From the NCBI GenBank assembly GCA_050633245.1, contig JBOEGD010000016.1, forward strand, positions 129,645-193,644: DNA of 64,000 nt, in the 5' to 3' direction. Below, in pieces: positions 20,501 through 29,655 of this stretch. The translations under genes and the position numbers were made by a program. Within the stretch, counting starts at the first letter, position 1; each line of letters opens with the position of its first letter. Source of the stretch: Calditrichia bacterium (lineage in GTDB: Bacteria; Calditrichota; Calditrichia; RBG-13-44-9; J075). Below the pieces are notes generated by a model. It was not told where the DNA came from. It did not search any database and was given only the letters and a program-made list of their open reading frames with translations.

Positions 20501-20745
20501 TGAATCGCGAGTTTCTGTCTACCGTGCGAATGTGGAAAGATGGTCAGTTTGTTGATCTCTCACCACGCTATATCGATGGCTCGAGAGACTATGCAGACGG
20601 TAGTGAATACCATCAGACAGAAGCAGTCGTTGACGCCTCCGGTAAGCACATCGTCTACGAATATGAGAGTAATATCTATCTAATTGAAATTATGGATGGC
20701 GTGACGTTCGCAGATATTCAGCAGGCGGAAAAGCCGGCGAAGTAA
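17590..20745 (+). CDS. Pentapeptide-repeat protein with TIR/NDT-like domain, acidic linker, TM helix and exported TolB-like propeller
   Basis: MANSEHLAII..GVEEWNAWR followed by a long run of ANLSG/ADL-type pentapeptides, VVLLGNF...WLIFDAT domain, Glu-rich tract, IWIGLAAAAVLFSGMFFGW TM helix, and FPAIDAAGKTIAY blades. Start moved to ATG 17590 (GAGG RBS). Confidence 0.8.
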   Translation: MANSEHLAIIKSGVEEWNAWRKKNLDISPDLRDANLRGAQLDNAILRDADLSGANLSGASLKEADLSKAVINEANLSGADLSRANLYRAKMRRCNLTGADMRQVVLYQANLTYANLSRANLSKANLRKANVSKADLSKVYFSKGKAEETSFNEANLEKANLYESNLVQADLTDANLSGAVMYKANLSEADFEGANLKNANLNLTNLQNATLNRTQLEGAKLTGSTVSNISIHDAVHSNSEQLDLVVTQSDGVLVKCDDMRVANQLEKLLRHDDFENTLDSNKLVVLLGNFSADRKIIKGRILEEVRKDGLNPLQLECLSTPEAEFRAKLNRLAGATNWLIFDATQAADLIDQVLPILTNYPDLKVTAFVESATRWQVATPFAHYVERFPLGEYENPEDIPELLSFSRSQETQAPRLIILPDDAAAVEEPQAQPQEIPDSEETIQLNPAEIMALAGKDAEIEAEVEENLEAISEELVTEAKEAEEVPIEAVEEEISVEEDVEEEDIADEAPVEGQKEEEQIEETARDEDDSVEEFTEETLSEHYTGDNSDSFIGENVVIVPANGQAPSVAASSETKAEDIVITAPKGSKNPFADVMNPVEKTTKKKVDLKFPTAGQELMPAQKTVVILEGDERQQTVKPKSNSRIWIGLAAAAVLFSGMFFGWNRLHSDVMIVAPKSANAFIQLNGNVVSLHKQEGDKSYYLAESQFIGNTPLTVFSTQISEMGQEEFVRYKRYEGEIDVSRGEDGIFTYEVGFQPLYRVSKVATGKFPAIDAAGKTIAYTKAADNSKRNARQELYIKDLQSGTETKVEPRNRRSLNWDGERPYLLGDGESLFIGAYQYRADKTLPYRVDLASGQMTKLDLPANEKWLSFLPLAGGEKLAFRNKLYDAEGNELKEFSSNRPYLDKLYPAGDDGLLFFDKTKNKKNRISFDCYYSKLGSATPQKLFSVSANIPPFVSASKNAETVVVSTYSGLNREFLSTVRMWKDGQFVDLSPRYIDGSRDYADGSEYHQTEAVVDASGKHIVYEYESNIYLIEIMDGVTFADIQQAEKPAK

Positions 20746-20776
20746 ACGGTGAACAGCGATCGGTGAACGGTGGAAT
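20742..20776. repeat. Heptamer tandem repeat GTGAACG-like x5
   Basis: GTAAACG GTGAACA GCGATCG GTGAACG GTGGAAT, overlapping the stop codon. Confidence 0.7.
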
Positions 20777-20820
20777 TTAAAACCATTGTCCGATGCCCGA
20801 TGTCTCCCGGCTGTCCGGGA

Positions 20821-21710
20821 ATGCCCGATGTAACTATTGACATTCCCCTCTCCCCTACCTTTATTACATAACTCCCTTCAAAAAAAATAGCGTTTTCAAC
20901 CACGGTCTACAGCGGAACCGCTTATGGAACCTGTAACTACTTTACCTTAGCTGCAGTTTACGCGCTTGCCAAAGAAAGCGGACTGACTGACTTTCTGGTA
21001 AAACAGCCGAAGACAGTGGTAGAGAAGCTGCTGCAAAAGGAGATCACCAGTAAAGTTACCGGAAGCAGGTTTTTACGTGCTTACTTCACGCCACAGGTGA
21101 GTGGCAAGAGCTGGAAGAAGAATTACCGGAGGTCCGTGAGGCCGTATCATTTGCAAAAAAAGACTGATGCTGAATTTGCATGGCACGTCGCCTATGATGC
21201 CTACCTTTTAATACGCCGAACCGGCTTACTTACTGAGTCTTATTCTATTCCTGAGGAACTGGAAAAGTCGCATTTAAGAAAAAAGATAAATCCATTTTAC
21301 AGAGAGTATACAATGGACAAGCGCTGATTCAACAAACTTGGGGCTCGCTGAATAAAGCGATGGATTTAAATAAGCTACAGGAACAACTTTGTCTTGAGCT
21401 TGATGATAAAGACAGCCTGCAAATCAGCTACGGAAATCAGGCACTCATTCTGAAAGAATGAGGAAGGCTCGACGAGGCTCTAAAATTGCAAAAGAAAAAG
21501 GAAAAAATATGTTTGGAAATAAATAATCGCAGCAGCCTTGGTTATTGCTGGTGGCAGATGGCAGAACTCTATGAAAAATGGAAAAACACTGGAGAGGCGC
21601 AAAAATATGCAGAAAAAGCGCTGAAGATATTTACCGAGTTAAAAATGCCGCGTGAGCGCGATGCAGTTCAGGAATTGGTGGATGGGTTGGAATTGTCGCG
21701 TGGGTCATGA
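20821..21710 (+). pseudogene. Degraded tetratricopeptide-repeat (TPR_12-type) gene
   Basis: Reconstructed ...DKSILQRVYNGQALIQQTWGSLNKAMDLNKLQEQLCLELDDKDSLQISYGNQALILKE*GRLDEALKLQKKKEKICLE. TGA at 21459 sits at the repeat's Trp position, there is a frameshift near 21265, and TAA at 20869. The 5' boundary is uncertain. Confidence 0.75.
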
Positions 21711-21768
21711 CCCACGATACGGTTTCGGGATCAGTTCTGTAGTGTGGGTCAAGACCCACACTACAGAA
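21699..21768. repeat. REP-like palindromes, family B (GTGGGTCwwGACCCAC), two copies
   Basis: CGTGGGTCATGACCCACG at 21699-21716 and TTCTGTAGTGTGGGTC-AA-GACCCACACTACAGAA at 21735-21768, between convergent genes. Confidence 0.85.
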
Positions 21769-21770
21769 TT

Positions 21771-23861
21771 TTAATTCAGCTTATCCAGCGCATCAAGCAA
21801 AATACCCGGCGTAAGAATTTCCGGCAGGATAATCGGTTCTTTGCTGCCATCAGCACTATACAGCACGTACAGCGGAACGCTATTGCGGCCAAATTCGGCA
21901 AGTGCTTTGGTAATGTCGGCATCGCGGGAGGTCCAGTCGGCCATAACTGCATTCACGCCCATTTCCTTAAACGCTGCCTCAACTTCGTCGGTCTCAATTG
22001 CAAACTTCTTGTTCGCTTGACAGCTCAAGCACCAGGAGGCAGTAAAGTCCACAAATACCGGTTTACCAAGCTGGCGCAGTTCTTCCACCTTACCCGGTGC
22101 AAAGTCCTGCCATTCAATCGGATTAACGCTTTTCCCCGGCTTCAGCATAAAGAAAAAGGCAAGGCCACCAACAACCAGCGCGGTTGCCAGAACCTGTCCG
22201 ATAAGCCGCGTTTTTGTCTCACGAGCAATATTGCCCCAGCGACCAAGCACCCAGCCACCAATCGCAATAATCACCAGCGAAACCAGCATAATCATCACGG
22301 TGTCTAACCCACTCTGATCGCCCAATACTTTTAATAACCAAACAACCGTTGCCATCAGCAGGAAGCCCATGAACTGCTTTAGTGACTCCATCCATACGCC
22401 GGGGCGTGGCACAAACTTCAGCAGAGCCGGTGAGGAGGATAACAACACGTAAGGAAAGGCCATGCCAAGCCCAAGGAAGGTAAAGATCATCATGCTTACC
22501 CATGGTGGTTGACTAAGCGCATATCCCAGCGCAGCGCCCATAAACGGAGCGGTACAGGGCGTTGCAACCACCGTAGCCGTAACCCCGCTCATAAATGAGC
22601 CGGTAAACCCGCTCTTCTCTGCGCCTTGCCCAACGCCCATCAGCGAGGTGCCGATTTCAAACACGCCAAACAAGCTCAATCCAAACAGGAAGAGAAAAAC
22701 GATTAGCACCACCACAAAAATCGGAGACTGCAGGTGAAACCCCCAGCCAAGCTGCTCGCCGCCGGCCTGTAGTGCAATTAGAATTCCCGCAAGCACCCAA
22801 AACGATGCCAATACGCCGAACATAAAGACCAGGCCGTGCTTGAAGACGCTACTGCTGTCTTCACCGGCCTGCTCAACAAATCCGAGAATTTTTAGCGATA
22901 GCACCGGCAATACACAGGGCATCACGTTTAAAATCATTCCACCGACAAATGCCGAAAACAGTGCCCACCAGATGCCACTAAGATCGCCGCTGGCAGCAGC
23001 ACCTATCGCGCCAAGCACTTTTTCGGTAACCGGCACATCGATATTTAGTGATCTCTCGGCACCGGCACCACGCCAGCCATCATTCGCTACCAGAATTCCG
23101 TTAATAGACTCTGGCACTTCATCATCTTCAATCAGTAGTGGCAAATCCAGACGGTAGCCGTCTTCAAAGGCAGCAAACTGCTGATCCTTACCAATATCAA
23201 AGCCTTCGCTATCATACGGGAAAAAAGTTAGCCCGGCCATCGAGCCTTCAAAACTCGCCGGCGGGGTTGCCAAAAGACTCAAAGTCGTATCATTGATCGC
23301 GGCCTGAATCGTCCATTCACTATTTTTTATTGGCAGCTGCGCTCTGACCTTGGAAAATGCTTCCACCCATTGCGAGTTTGGCTGTGCCAAATCATGATTT
23401 ACTGCAAGCTTTAGCTCCAGAGACGCGTCTTCCGGAATACAGGATTCCTTACAGACCAACCAAGTGGTTTCTGCCTTTAAAGTAACTTCGCTATCGGCCA
23501 AATCCGCTGGAGGCGTAATATCTACCAACAGCAGCAGCTCATCCTCATAACCAAAGTTTAACAGTCCGGAAAACGGTATGCGTTCCGGAAAGGGCCACTG
23601 AATCTCACCAGCGCTAAATCCTTCCGGCAAATTCCACTCGATCTCGGGTGCTAATCCCGCATCGCCCGGGTTAATCCAGTAAACATGCCAGTGTGGATCC
23701 ATTTCCAGGCGCAGCGCCACGGTAAATGGTGTTGCCGGACGAATGGACTCAACTTCGGAGACCAGTTGTGCCGCAACCTGATCGCTACGAACAATGTTCT
23801 GCGACCAAAGAGTAGAAGTAAGGATTAGAAAGAGAAGAAAAACGCGGTGAAGTTTCAACAT
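21771..23861 (-). CDS. dsbD: Thiol:disulfide interchange protein, DsbD-like
   Basis: N-domain WHVYWINPGDAG and VCKESC, TM domain MPCVLPVL and TPCTAPF, thioredoxin WCLSC. Confidence 0.9.
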   Translation of the reverse strand: MLKLHRVFLLFLILTSTLWSQNIVRSDQVAAQLVSEVESIRPATPFTVALRLEMDPHWHVYWINPGDAGLAPEIEWNLPEGFSAGEIQWPFPERIPFSGLLNFGYEDELLLLVDITPPADLADSEVTLKAETTWLVCKESCIPEDASLELKLAVNHDLAQPNSQWVEAFSKVRAQLPIKNSEWTIQAAINDTTLSLLATPPASFEGSMAGLTFFPYDSEGFDIGKDQQFAAFEDGYRLDLPLLIEDDEVPESINGILVANDGWRGAGAERSLNIDVPVTEKVLGAIGAAASGDLSGIWWALFSAFVGGMILNVMPCVLPVLSLKILGFVEQAGEDSSSVFKHGLVFMFGVLASFWVLAGILIALQAGGEQLGWGFHLQSPIFVVVLIVFLFLFGLSLFGVFEIGTSLMGVGQGAEKSGFTGSFMSGVTATVVATPCTAPFMGAALGYALSQPPWVSMMIFTFLGLGMAFPYVLLSSSPALLKFVPRPGVWMESLKQFMGFLLMATVVWLLKVLGDQSGLDTVMIMLVSLVIIAIGGWVLGRWGNIARETKTRLIGQVLATALVVGGLAFFFMLKPGKSVNPIEWQDFAPGKVEELRQLGKPVFVDFTASWCLSCQANKKFAIETDEVEAAFKEMGVNAVMADWTSRDADITKALAEFGRNSVPLYVLYSADGSKEPIILPEILTPGILLDALDKLN

Positions 23862-23894
23862 GCCAGATAACCTATCTATTCAGGGTGTTTGTTG

Positions 23895-24992
23895 CTAAGC
23901 GATGCGCTGTTTGGACTTTTCATCAAAGAAATAAATTTTGTCCAGATCAAACGCAACATCCACATTTTCATTTACGCCGTAAGTCTTTTCAGACGTACTG
24001 CGGATACACAAATTCTCGCCGCCGGTATTAAAATAGAGAAAAACCTCATTTCCTATCGGCTCGACCACATCTATTGAGATGCGCTGTGGATCGGAAAGGT
24101 TACGCTTCTGATCGTCCCGCAAATCGTAAATATTTTCCGGTCTGATACCAAGCGTAACATCATCACTGCTATTACTGAGCGATTCTGCCAAAGATTCCGG
24201 CAGCTTAAAGTTGATACCCTCGGTCTGAAAGTTCAGGCTGCCGTTGCGCACCAGCTTGCCGGGGATGAAGTTCATCGCCGGGCTTCCGATAAATCCTGCC
24301 ACAAATTTATTGGCGGGTTCTTTATACAAATTCATTGGACTGTCCATTTGCTGAACAACACCATCTTTTAGCACCACAATGCGCGTGCCCATCGTCATCG
24401 CTTCAATTTGATCGTGCGTAACATAAACCATCGTAGCCTGTAGCTTATTGTGCAAACGGCTGATTTCTACACGCATCTGAACGCGTAGCTTGGCATCGAG
24501 ATTGGAAAGCGGTTCGTCAAAGAGAAAGACCTTTGGCTTACGAACAATGGCGCGACCAATTGCGACGCGCTGTCGCTGTCCACCGGAAAGCGCTTTCGGC
24601 CGGCGATCTAAATATTCACTTATACCCAAAATCTCGGCGGCTTCATTCACGCGAGACTTGATCTCTTCTTCACTGAACTTACGTAGCTTTAAGCCAAACG
24701 CCATATTGTCAAAAACTGTCATATGCGGATAAAGTGCGTAATTCTGGAATACCATAGCAATATCGCGATCTTTCGGCGGCACATCATTTACTACTCTGTC
24801 GCCAATGCAAATTTCACCTTCGGTAATATCTTCCAATCCGGCGATCATGCGTAAGAGCGTGGACTTTCCGCAACCGGATGGCCCTACCAGTACGACGAAC
24901 TCTTTATCTTTTATCGCAACATCAGCGCCTTTAATGACTTCAACATTGCCATCGTAGACCTTTTTTACATTTTTTAGTGTTACGCTTGCCAA
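23895..24992 (-). CDS. ugpC: CUT1 sugar ABC transporter ATP-binding protein (UgpC/MalK/MsmX)
   Basis: GPSGCGKST, VFQNYALYPHM, LSGGQRQR, DEPLSNLDAKLR, TOBE C-terminus. Confidence 0.93.
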   Translation of the reverse strand: MASVTLKNVKKVYDGNVEVIKGADVAIKDKEFVVLVGPSGCGKSTLLRMIAGLEDITEGEICIGDRVVNDVPPKDRDIAMVFQNYALYPHMTVFDNMAFGLKLRKFSEEEIKSRVNEAAEILGISEYLDRRPKALSGGQRQRVAIGRAIVRKPKVFLFDEPLSNLDAKLRVQMRVEISRLHNKLQATMVYVTHDQIEAMTMGTRIVVLKDGVVQQMDSPMNLYKEPANKFVAGFIGSPAMNFIPGKLVRNGSLNFQTEGINFKLPESLAESLSNSSDDVTLGIRPENIYDLRDDQKRNLSDPQRISIDVVEPIGNEVFLYFNTGGENLCIRSTSEKTYGVNENVDVAFDLDKIYFFDEKSKQRIA

Positions 24993-25057
24993 GTCAACTA
25001 TCCTCCGGGTTACGTGGGCTTTTCTGCTAAAAAAGATAAGCAGCTATCAGCAATTAA

Positions 25058-26245
25058 TCAAATGGAATTACCGCGTTTCCAAGCCTCAGAAACCGCTTTT
25101 GCTACGAAAGGAGCAACGCCTTTGTCCAGGGGCGAAGGAATGACAGCCATCCGCGTTGGCTTTTCAATATATCCGGCTAAAGCTTCAGCCGCTGCAATCT
25201 TCATTGCTTCATTTATCATCGGAGCACGCGCATCCAACGCACCACGAAATATCCCGGGAAAGGCCAGCACATTATTTACCTGATTCGGAAAATCACTACG
25301 CCCGGTTCCAACAATAAACGCCCCGGCTTTATGTGCCGCTTTAGGCATGATCTCCGGTTCAGGATTGGCCATCGCAAAAACAATGGCTTTTTCAGCCATG
25401 CTTCGCACCATGTCCTGCGTCAGTAATCCTGCTTTGCTTACACCGATAAACACATCTGCTCCAATAATGGCATCAGCAAGGCTACCGCTTCTGCCCTCTT
25501 TATTTGTAGATTTCGCCAGACGCATCTTCGCTTCATTGCCGGAAATATCTCTGCGCCCCTTATGGATAATGCCTTTGGAATCGCAAACTAAAATTTCACA
25601 GACCGACGTACAGATCGCGGAATCGTAGCCACTGCATTGCAATAGATTGGCAATTGCCGTACCCGCTGCACCGGCTCCGCTTATAACAATACGCAACGTC
25701 TCCAACGGTTTTCCGACAAGCTTTGTGGCATTCACAAGGGCTGCCCGCAGCACAATAGCAGTTCCGTGTTGGTCATCATGAAACACTGGTATACCGATAT
25801 CCTGTAATCCTTCCTCGACATAGAAGGCACGTGGCGCAGCAATGTCTTCCAGGTTAACCCCGGCAAATGTCGGCGCAATTTGCTTTACAAATCGTATAAT
25901 CTCATCTGTATCCTGAGTAGCAACGCATATCGGAAAGGCATCTACTCCGGCATACGCTTTAAACAGCATCGCCTTTCCTTCCATTACCGGCATCGCAGCT
26001 TCAGGGCCGATGTTTCCAAGCCCCAGTACCGCCGAGCCATCTGAAACAATGGCGATTGTATTTCGCTTGATAGTAAGATCGTATGCTTTCCGTGGATCTT
26101 TCGCAATGTCCAGACAGGCCTGCGCCACGCCAGGTGTATAAAGAAGCGACAGATCGTCCTGTGTTTCAATCTCCTTTTTATTGCGAATCTCCAGCTTTCC
26201 GCCGAGTTTCTTATGCAGCTCCAATGACGCCTTGTAATAATTCAT
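25058..26245 (-). CDS. NAD(P)-dependent malic enzyme (short type, no PTA domain)
   Basis: YTPGVA, PVMEGKA, NLEDI, HDDQHGTA, GAGAAG, TGRSDFPNQVNN. Start set at ATG 26245. Confidence 0.95.
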   Translation of the reverse strand: MNYYKASLELHKKLGGKLEIRNKKEIETQDDLSLLYTPGVAQACLDIAKDPRKAYDLTIKRNTIAIVSDGSAVLGLGNIGPEAAMPVMEGKAMLFKAYAGVDAFPICVATQDTDEIIRFVKQIAPTFAGVNLEDIAAPRAFYVEEGLQDIGIPVFHDDQHGTAIVLRAALVNATKLVGKPLETLRIVISGAGAAGTAIANLLQCSGYDSAICTSVCEILVCDSKGIIHKGRRDISGNEAKMRLAKSTNKEGRSGSLADAIIGADVFIGVSKAGLLTQDMVRSMAEKAIVFAMANPEPEIMPKAAHKAGAFIVGTGRSDFPNQVNNVLAFPGIFRGALDARAPMINEAMKIAAAEALAGYIEKPTRMAVIPSPLDKGVAPFVAKAVSEAWKRGNSI

Positions 26246-26548
26246 TGATTTTCCTTTCGCATGACTGTTGCAAGAACCTACGTAAAATCCGGGCAACTAC
26301 AAAAATTCGACAAGAATTGTCAACTTTTATCGACAAAAGCCGACATCTGCCCTTGCATAAGTCTACATTTCTTGATATACTCTTAGGCATTCCACTACAT
26401 GATGAGTGGTTGCACGGGGAAGAGTCACTCCACAGATGCTTGTTTACCGCCTCAAAAGTATCTTTCGACTCTACACTAATACACAAACAGGATGTTTTGT
26501 ATCGCTACCTGCAACGGGTGGTGTAATTTCATCATTATCGGAGTCACA

Positions 26549-26818
26549 ATGAGCGACGCGTGTAGATGGATGGCAGTAATTTATTTAGTAGCAGTTGTAT
26601 TTTTAATTACACTATTTATGCAGGGGCAAATGCTCACCAATCCCAGCGCCGAGGTCGTCACCTCACTTGAAACAATGGGTCATTCCGGCAGCGCCAATGC
26701 TGCACTTTTTGGAAACCTGAAAATCAGCAACAACACCGCATTTACTCTTTTTATCGGCATCACACTGCTTTTCGGTACCGGTTTTACTTTATTGCGTTCG
26801 CGCAACGAAGACTACTAG
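26549..26818 (+). CDS. Small two-TM hypothetical membrane protein
   Basis: Two hydrophobic helices, GGAG RBS before ATG 26549. Confidence 0.55.
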   Translation: MSDACRWMAVIYLVAVVFLITLFMQGQMLTNPSAEVVTSLETMGHSGSANAALFGNLKISNNTAFTLFIGITLLFGTGFTLLRSRNEDY

Positions 26819-26874
26819 AAATTTTGTAGCGTAATTTTATTGATTCTAAAGCAATTCTTGCACATACTACTAGT

Positions 26875-27609
26875 ATGTATCAGGAAATTACGCCACTCGC
26901 TCCACTAAACAGGTTTATCGACGCCTTTTGGCATTATTCGAACTCAGGCTCCGGAGATGAGACCATCATCTATCCGGATTGCTGTGCAGATTTGATATTT
27001 CTAAAAGACTCTTCATCCACATCGTCTTATGTAACTGGCGTGATGACCAATCCCAAGCCGGTAGGCATTTCAACACCCGCAACTTACATCGGCGTTCGTT
27101 TTAAGCCGGGCTTCGCAAAGTTATTTATAGACAATCCGCTCTCTGATTTTACTGATCAAACGATACCTTTCTCCGCTAAATCTTCAGAATCAGCATTTTT
27201 CAACGTCGTACATAGTGATGTAGCAACAGCGCATGAACTTTTTACTGCTCTGGGCAGCTTTCTATTTAACAGGCTTGCAAATACTCATAGCTTCGCTTTG
27301 GAAAAGAAGATTAGGCATATTGCTTCACTGCGCGACTGTCGGGTGACGGAGATGGCCGATGCGCTCGGTACATCACGGCGCACGTTGCACCGGCTATTCT
27401 TAGAACACTTCGGCCTGTCCCCTACCCAGTATTCCAACATAAAGCGTTTTGATAGATTCCGAAAAGTAGTGCGTTCCAAAGAGTTCACGTCTTTGGCTGA
27501 TTTAGCTATTGCATGTGGATATTACGACCAAAGTGATATGACGAATCATGTTAGAAAGATCAGTGGAAAAACGCCCGGTGCTTTTTTGTCCCAACTCTAC
27601 AAGACTTAG
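26875..27609 (+). CDS. AraC-family regulator (DUF6597-type N-domain)
   Basis: YPDCCADL, GVRFKPG, SRRTLHRLF..GLSP, GYYDQS. Confidence 0.9.
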   Translation: MYQEITPLAPLNRFIDAFWHYSNSGSGDETIIYPDCCADLIFLKDSSSTSSYVTGVMTNPKPVGISTPATYIGVRFKPGFAKLFIDNPLSDFTDQTIPFSAKSSESAFFNVVHSDVATAHELFTALGSFLFNRLANTHSFALEKKIRHIASLRDCRVTEMADALGTSRRTLHRLFLEHFGLSPTQYSNIKRFDRFRKVVRSKEFTSLADLAIACGYYDQSDMTNHVRKISGKTPGAFLSQLYKT

Positions 27610-27650
27610 GCGAATAGTTTGGCGAAATTCCGTTAAAAAGGAGATTTTGC

Positions 27651-28046
27651 ATGCGTCTGAGTTATACAATTTTATACGTAAAGGACGTTGCCAAGAGTAT
27701 CGAATTTTATCAGAAAGCCTTTAATCTTGAGCATTGTTTCACCCATGAAAGTGGAGACTATGCCGAGTTGAATACCGGCGAGACAACACTCGCATTTTGT
27801 AATTATCGGCTGGCAGCAGACATATTGCGCAGGGACAGTCAGGAAATGGAATCAGAGCGCTGCGCGTCAAGAACGCAGATTACTTTTGAACCAGCTCATC
27901 TAAACACAGCTTACGAGCAAGCCGTTAGCCACGGAGCCAAAACACTTGCTGAACCAGAAACAAAACCGTGGCAATTTGAAGTCGCAATATTAGAAGATCC
28001 GGATGGGCACATTATAGAACTTGCAAGGAGAGTCGTAGATGAATAA
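27651..28046 (+). CDS. VOC/glyoxalase family protein
   Basis: YTILYVKDV..SIEFY, KPW, DPDGHIIEL. Confidence 0.9.
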   Translation: MRLSYTILYVKDVAKSIEFYQKAFNLEHCFTHESGDYAELNTGETTLAFCNYRLAADILRRDSQEMESERCASRTQITFEPAHLNTAYEQAVSHGAKTLAEPETKPWQFEVAILEDPDGHIIELARRVVDE

Positions 28047-28374
28047 CCAGATGCTTGCCGATCTTGAGGCAGAGATTATCAACTTCATAACATCTAATTT
28101 AGCAGATATCATTTCGGAGCCAAAATACGGTGGGCTGCTTTTTAAATCCGGCAAAAACGATCATTTCTGCGGTGTTTTTGTCTACAAAGAGCACCTGAGC
28201 ATCGAATTTGGTGAAGGCTATCGTCTAACCGATCCGGATGGCCTTTTGCATGGGAAGGGCAAATATCGGCGCCATCTCAAATATGCTGAACGTGGTGAGG
28301 TTAATTGGGATGCCCTGCTGCGCTTCTTGAAAGAAGGCGCTCAACTTGCAGAGGCTGGGAATGCAAACACTTGA
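28039..28374 (+). CDS. DUF1801 (YdhG-like) protein
   Basis: KYGG, FCGVFVYKEHLSIEFGEG, LHGKGKYRRHLK. Confidence 0.8.
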   Translation: MNNQMLADLEAEIINFITSNLADIISEPKYGGLLFKSGKNDHFCGVFVYKEHLSIEFGEGYRLTDPDGLLHGKGKYRRHLKYAERGEVNWDALLRFLKEGAQLAEAGNANT

Positions 28375-28394
28375 TGGGGACTAAATATTTTTTA

Positions 28395-28422
28395 TTGTCG
28401 CACCGAGCGGAGTCGAGGTGCT
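28395..28422 (-). repeat. Dispersed hairpin repeat family A, copy 2 (variant, reverse orientation)
   Basis: Reverse complement is AGCACCTCGACTCCGCTCGGTGCGACAA, with 3 differences from copy 1. Confidence 0.85.
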
Positions 28423-28482
28423 ATGCCAAATAAATCGAAGTGCACCATTTTCATTCGTCTATATAAGTTTTTGGGAATAGTA

Positions 28483-29562
28483 TTAAAGCACAATCTCTTC
28501 CCCTTTTAACAGATTCGCTGCCAGACAGGAATGCACCGGCAGCACCGCTACCAGATCACCCGGCTGAACTGTCCAGCCCTCCGGCATTTCCATTATGCCG
28601 TGTTCTTGCGACAATTTTCGCAACACAGCACCTTTTGCATCAAGATTCCATCCATTTTCTGAAAGTGGGTACGCAACTCCGTAAACTGATCTTGATTGTT
28701 CATCCTGAAGAACATCTTTAGATAGATGAACCGCTCCACCGTGCAGGACTACCTCATTACGCCTGTTCTGCAATGCCAGAACCGGACAAGCTACCGCTAC
28801 AGCAATATCTTCACGTGAACAGGAGCCTATCTTTTTCTGCATCAAATCGTAATAAACAAAATTTCCTGCTCGCACTTCATCAACCAGTCCAAAGTCATTG
28901 ACAGTTGAACAGCCAGGCGTATCGCCCGTGGAAATTTCTACCTCTATCCCCTCTTCACGCAACCTCTGCTGACTGCTAATCATATACTCAACGGTCTCGT
29001 GGAAGATTCTCGCTATCTGCTCTTTAGAAATGGCATTATAGCTATGCCCGGCATGAGTGGCAATACCACGCAGCTTTAATCCAAACTGCCGACAGCTCTT
29101 GGCAAGCCGAACAATGGTATCGCTATCATCGTAACGAACGCCGGTGCGACCATATCCGCTATCAATCTTTAACCAAATGTCCAGCTGGTATGCTTCTGCC
29201 TCAGCGAGCCTTGCAGCAACCTGTAATGATTCTATAAAGACGCCCAAGCGACACATTTTAGACAACGCATTCAATTCTTCTGCCTCACGCAGGTTTGCCG
29301 GAATGGCAATTAAAATATCCTGCCAACCGGCAGCTGCAAATTCCTGTGCCATCTTCAAGGATGAAACAGCAACGCTGGTAATCCCGACTTCACGCAACCA
29401 GTTGCCAACAATAATTGGTGACTGATGCGTTTTACAGTGTGGACGCAGTCGCACGCTACTTTGCACAGCCTTTTCCGCCATGCGTTGAATATTGCGCTTG
29501 GCAATTGCCTGATTGATAATTAGTGAGGTGCGGACACATTTTTCTATTGTGGAACCAGTCAT
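28483..29562 (-). CDS. Fold-type III PLP enzyme, DSD1/D-threonine aldolase-like
   Basis: RPHCKTH, GYGRTG, HAGHSY, GDTP, AGNFVYYD, SQEHG, PVHSC. Confidence 0.9.
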   Translation of the reverse strand: MTGSTIEKCVRTSLIINQAIAKRNIQRMAEKAVQSSVRLRPHCKTHQSPIIVGNWLREVGITSVAVSSLKMAQEFAAAGWQDILIAIPANLREAEELNALSKMCRLGVFIESLQVAARLAEAEAYQLDIWLKIDSGYGRTGVRYDDSDTIVRLAKSCRQFGLKLRGIATHAGHSYNAISKEQIARIFHETVEYMISSQQRLREEGIEVEISTGDTPGCSTVNDFGLVDEVRAGNFVYYDLMQKKIGSCSREDIAVAVACPVLALQNRRNEVVLHGGAVHLSKDVLQDEQSRSVYGVAYPLSENGWNLDAKGAVLRKLSQEHGIMEMPEGWTVQPGDLVAVLPVHSCLAANLLKGEEIVL

Positions 29563-29655
29563 GTAGATTTACCTTGGTTTAAAGCCAAACATGATTCGAG
29601 TATAAGCAGAATTTTTGTAAGCCTCAACGTAACGCATAAAATTATCCCGACACCT

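Noticed and set aside
21459-21461. TGA recoded as Trp or Sec
   Set aside because: TGA terminates several intact genes here (pbpC, ddl, M61), and the same locus has other lesions, so pseudogenisation is simpler.
26300-26370. CGACA direct repeats as an operator
   Set aside because: The repeats are short and irregularly spaced, and cannot be distinguished from chance.
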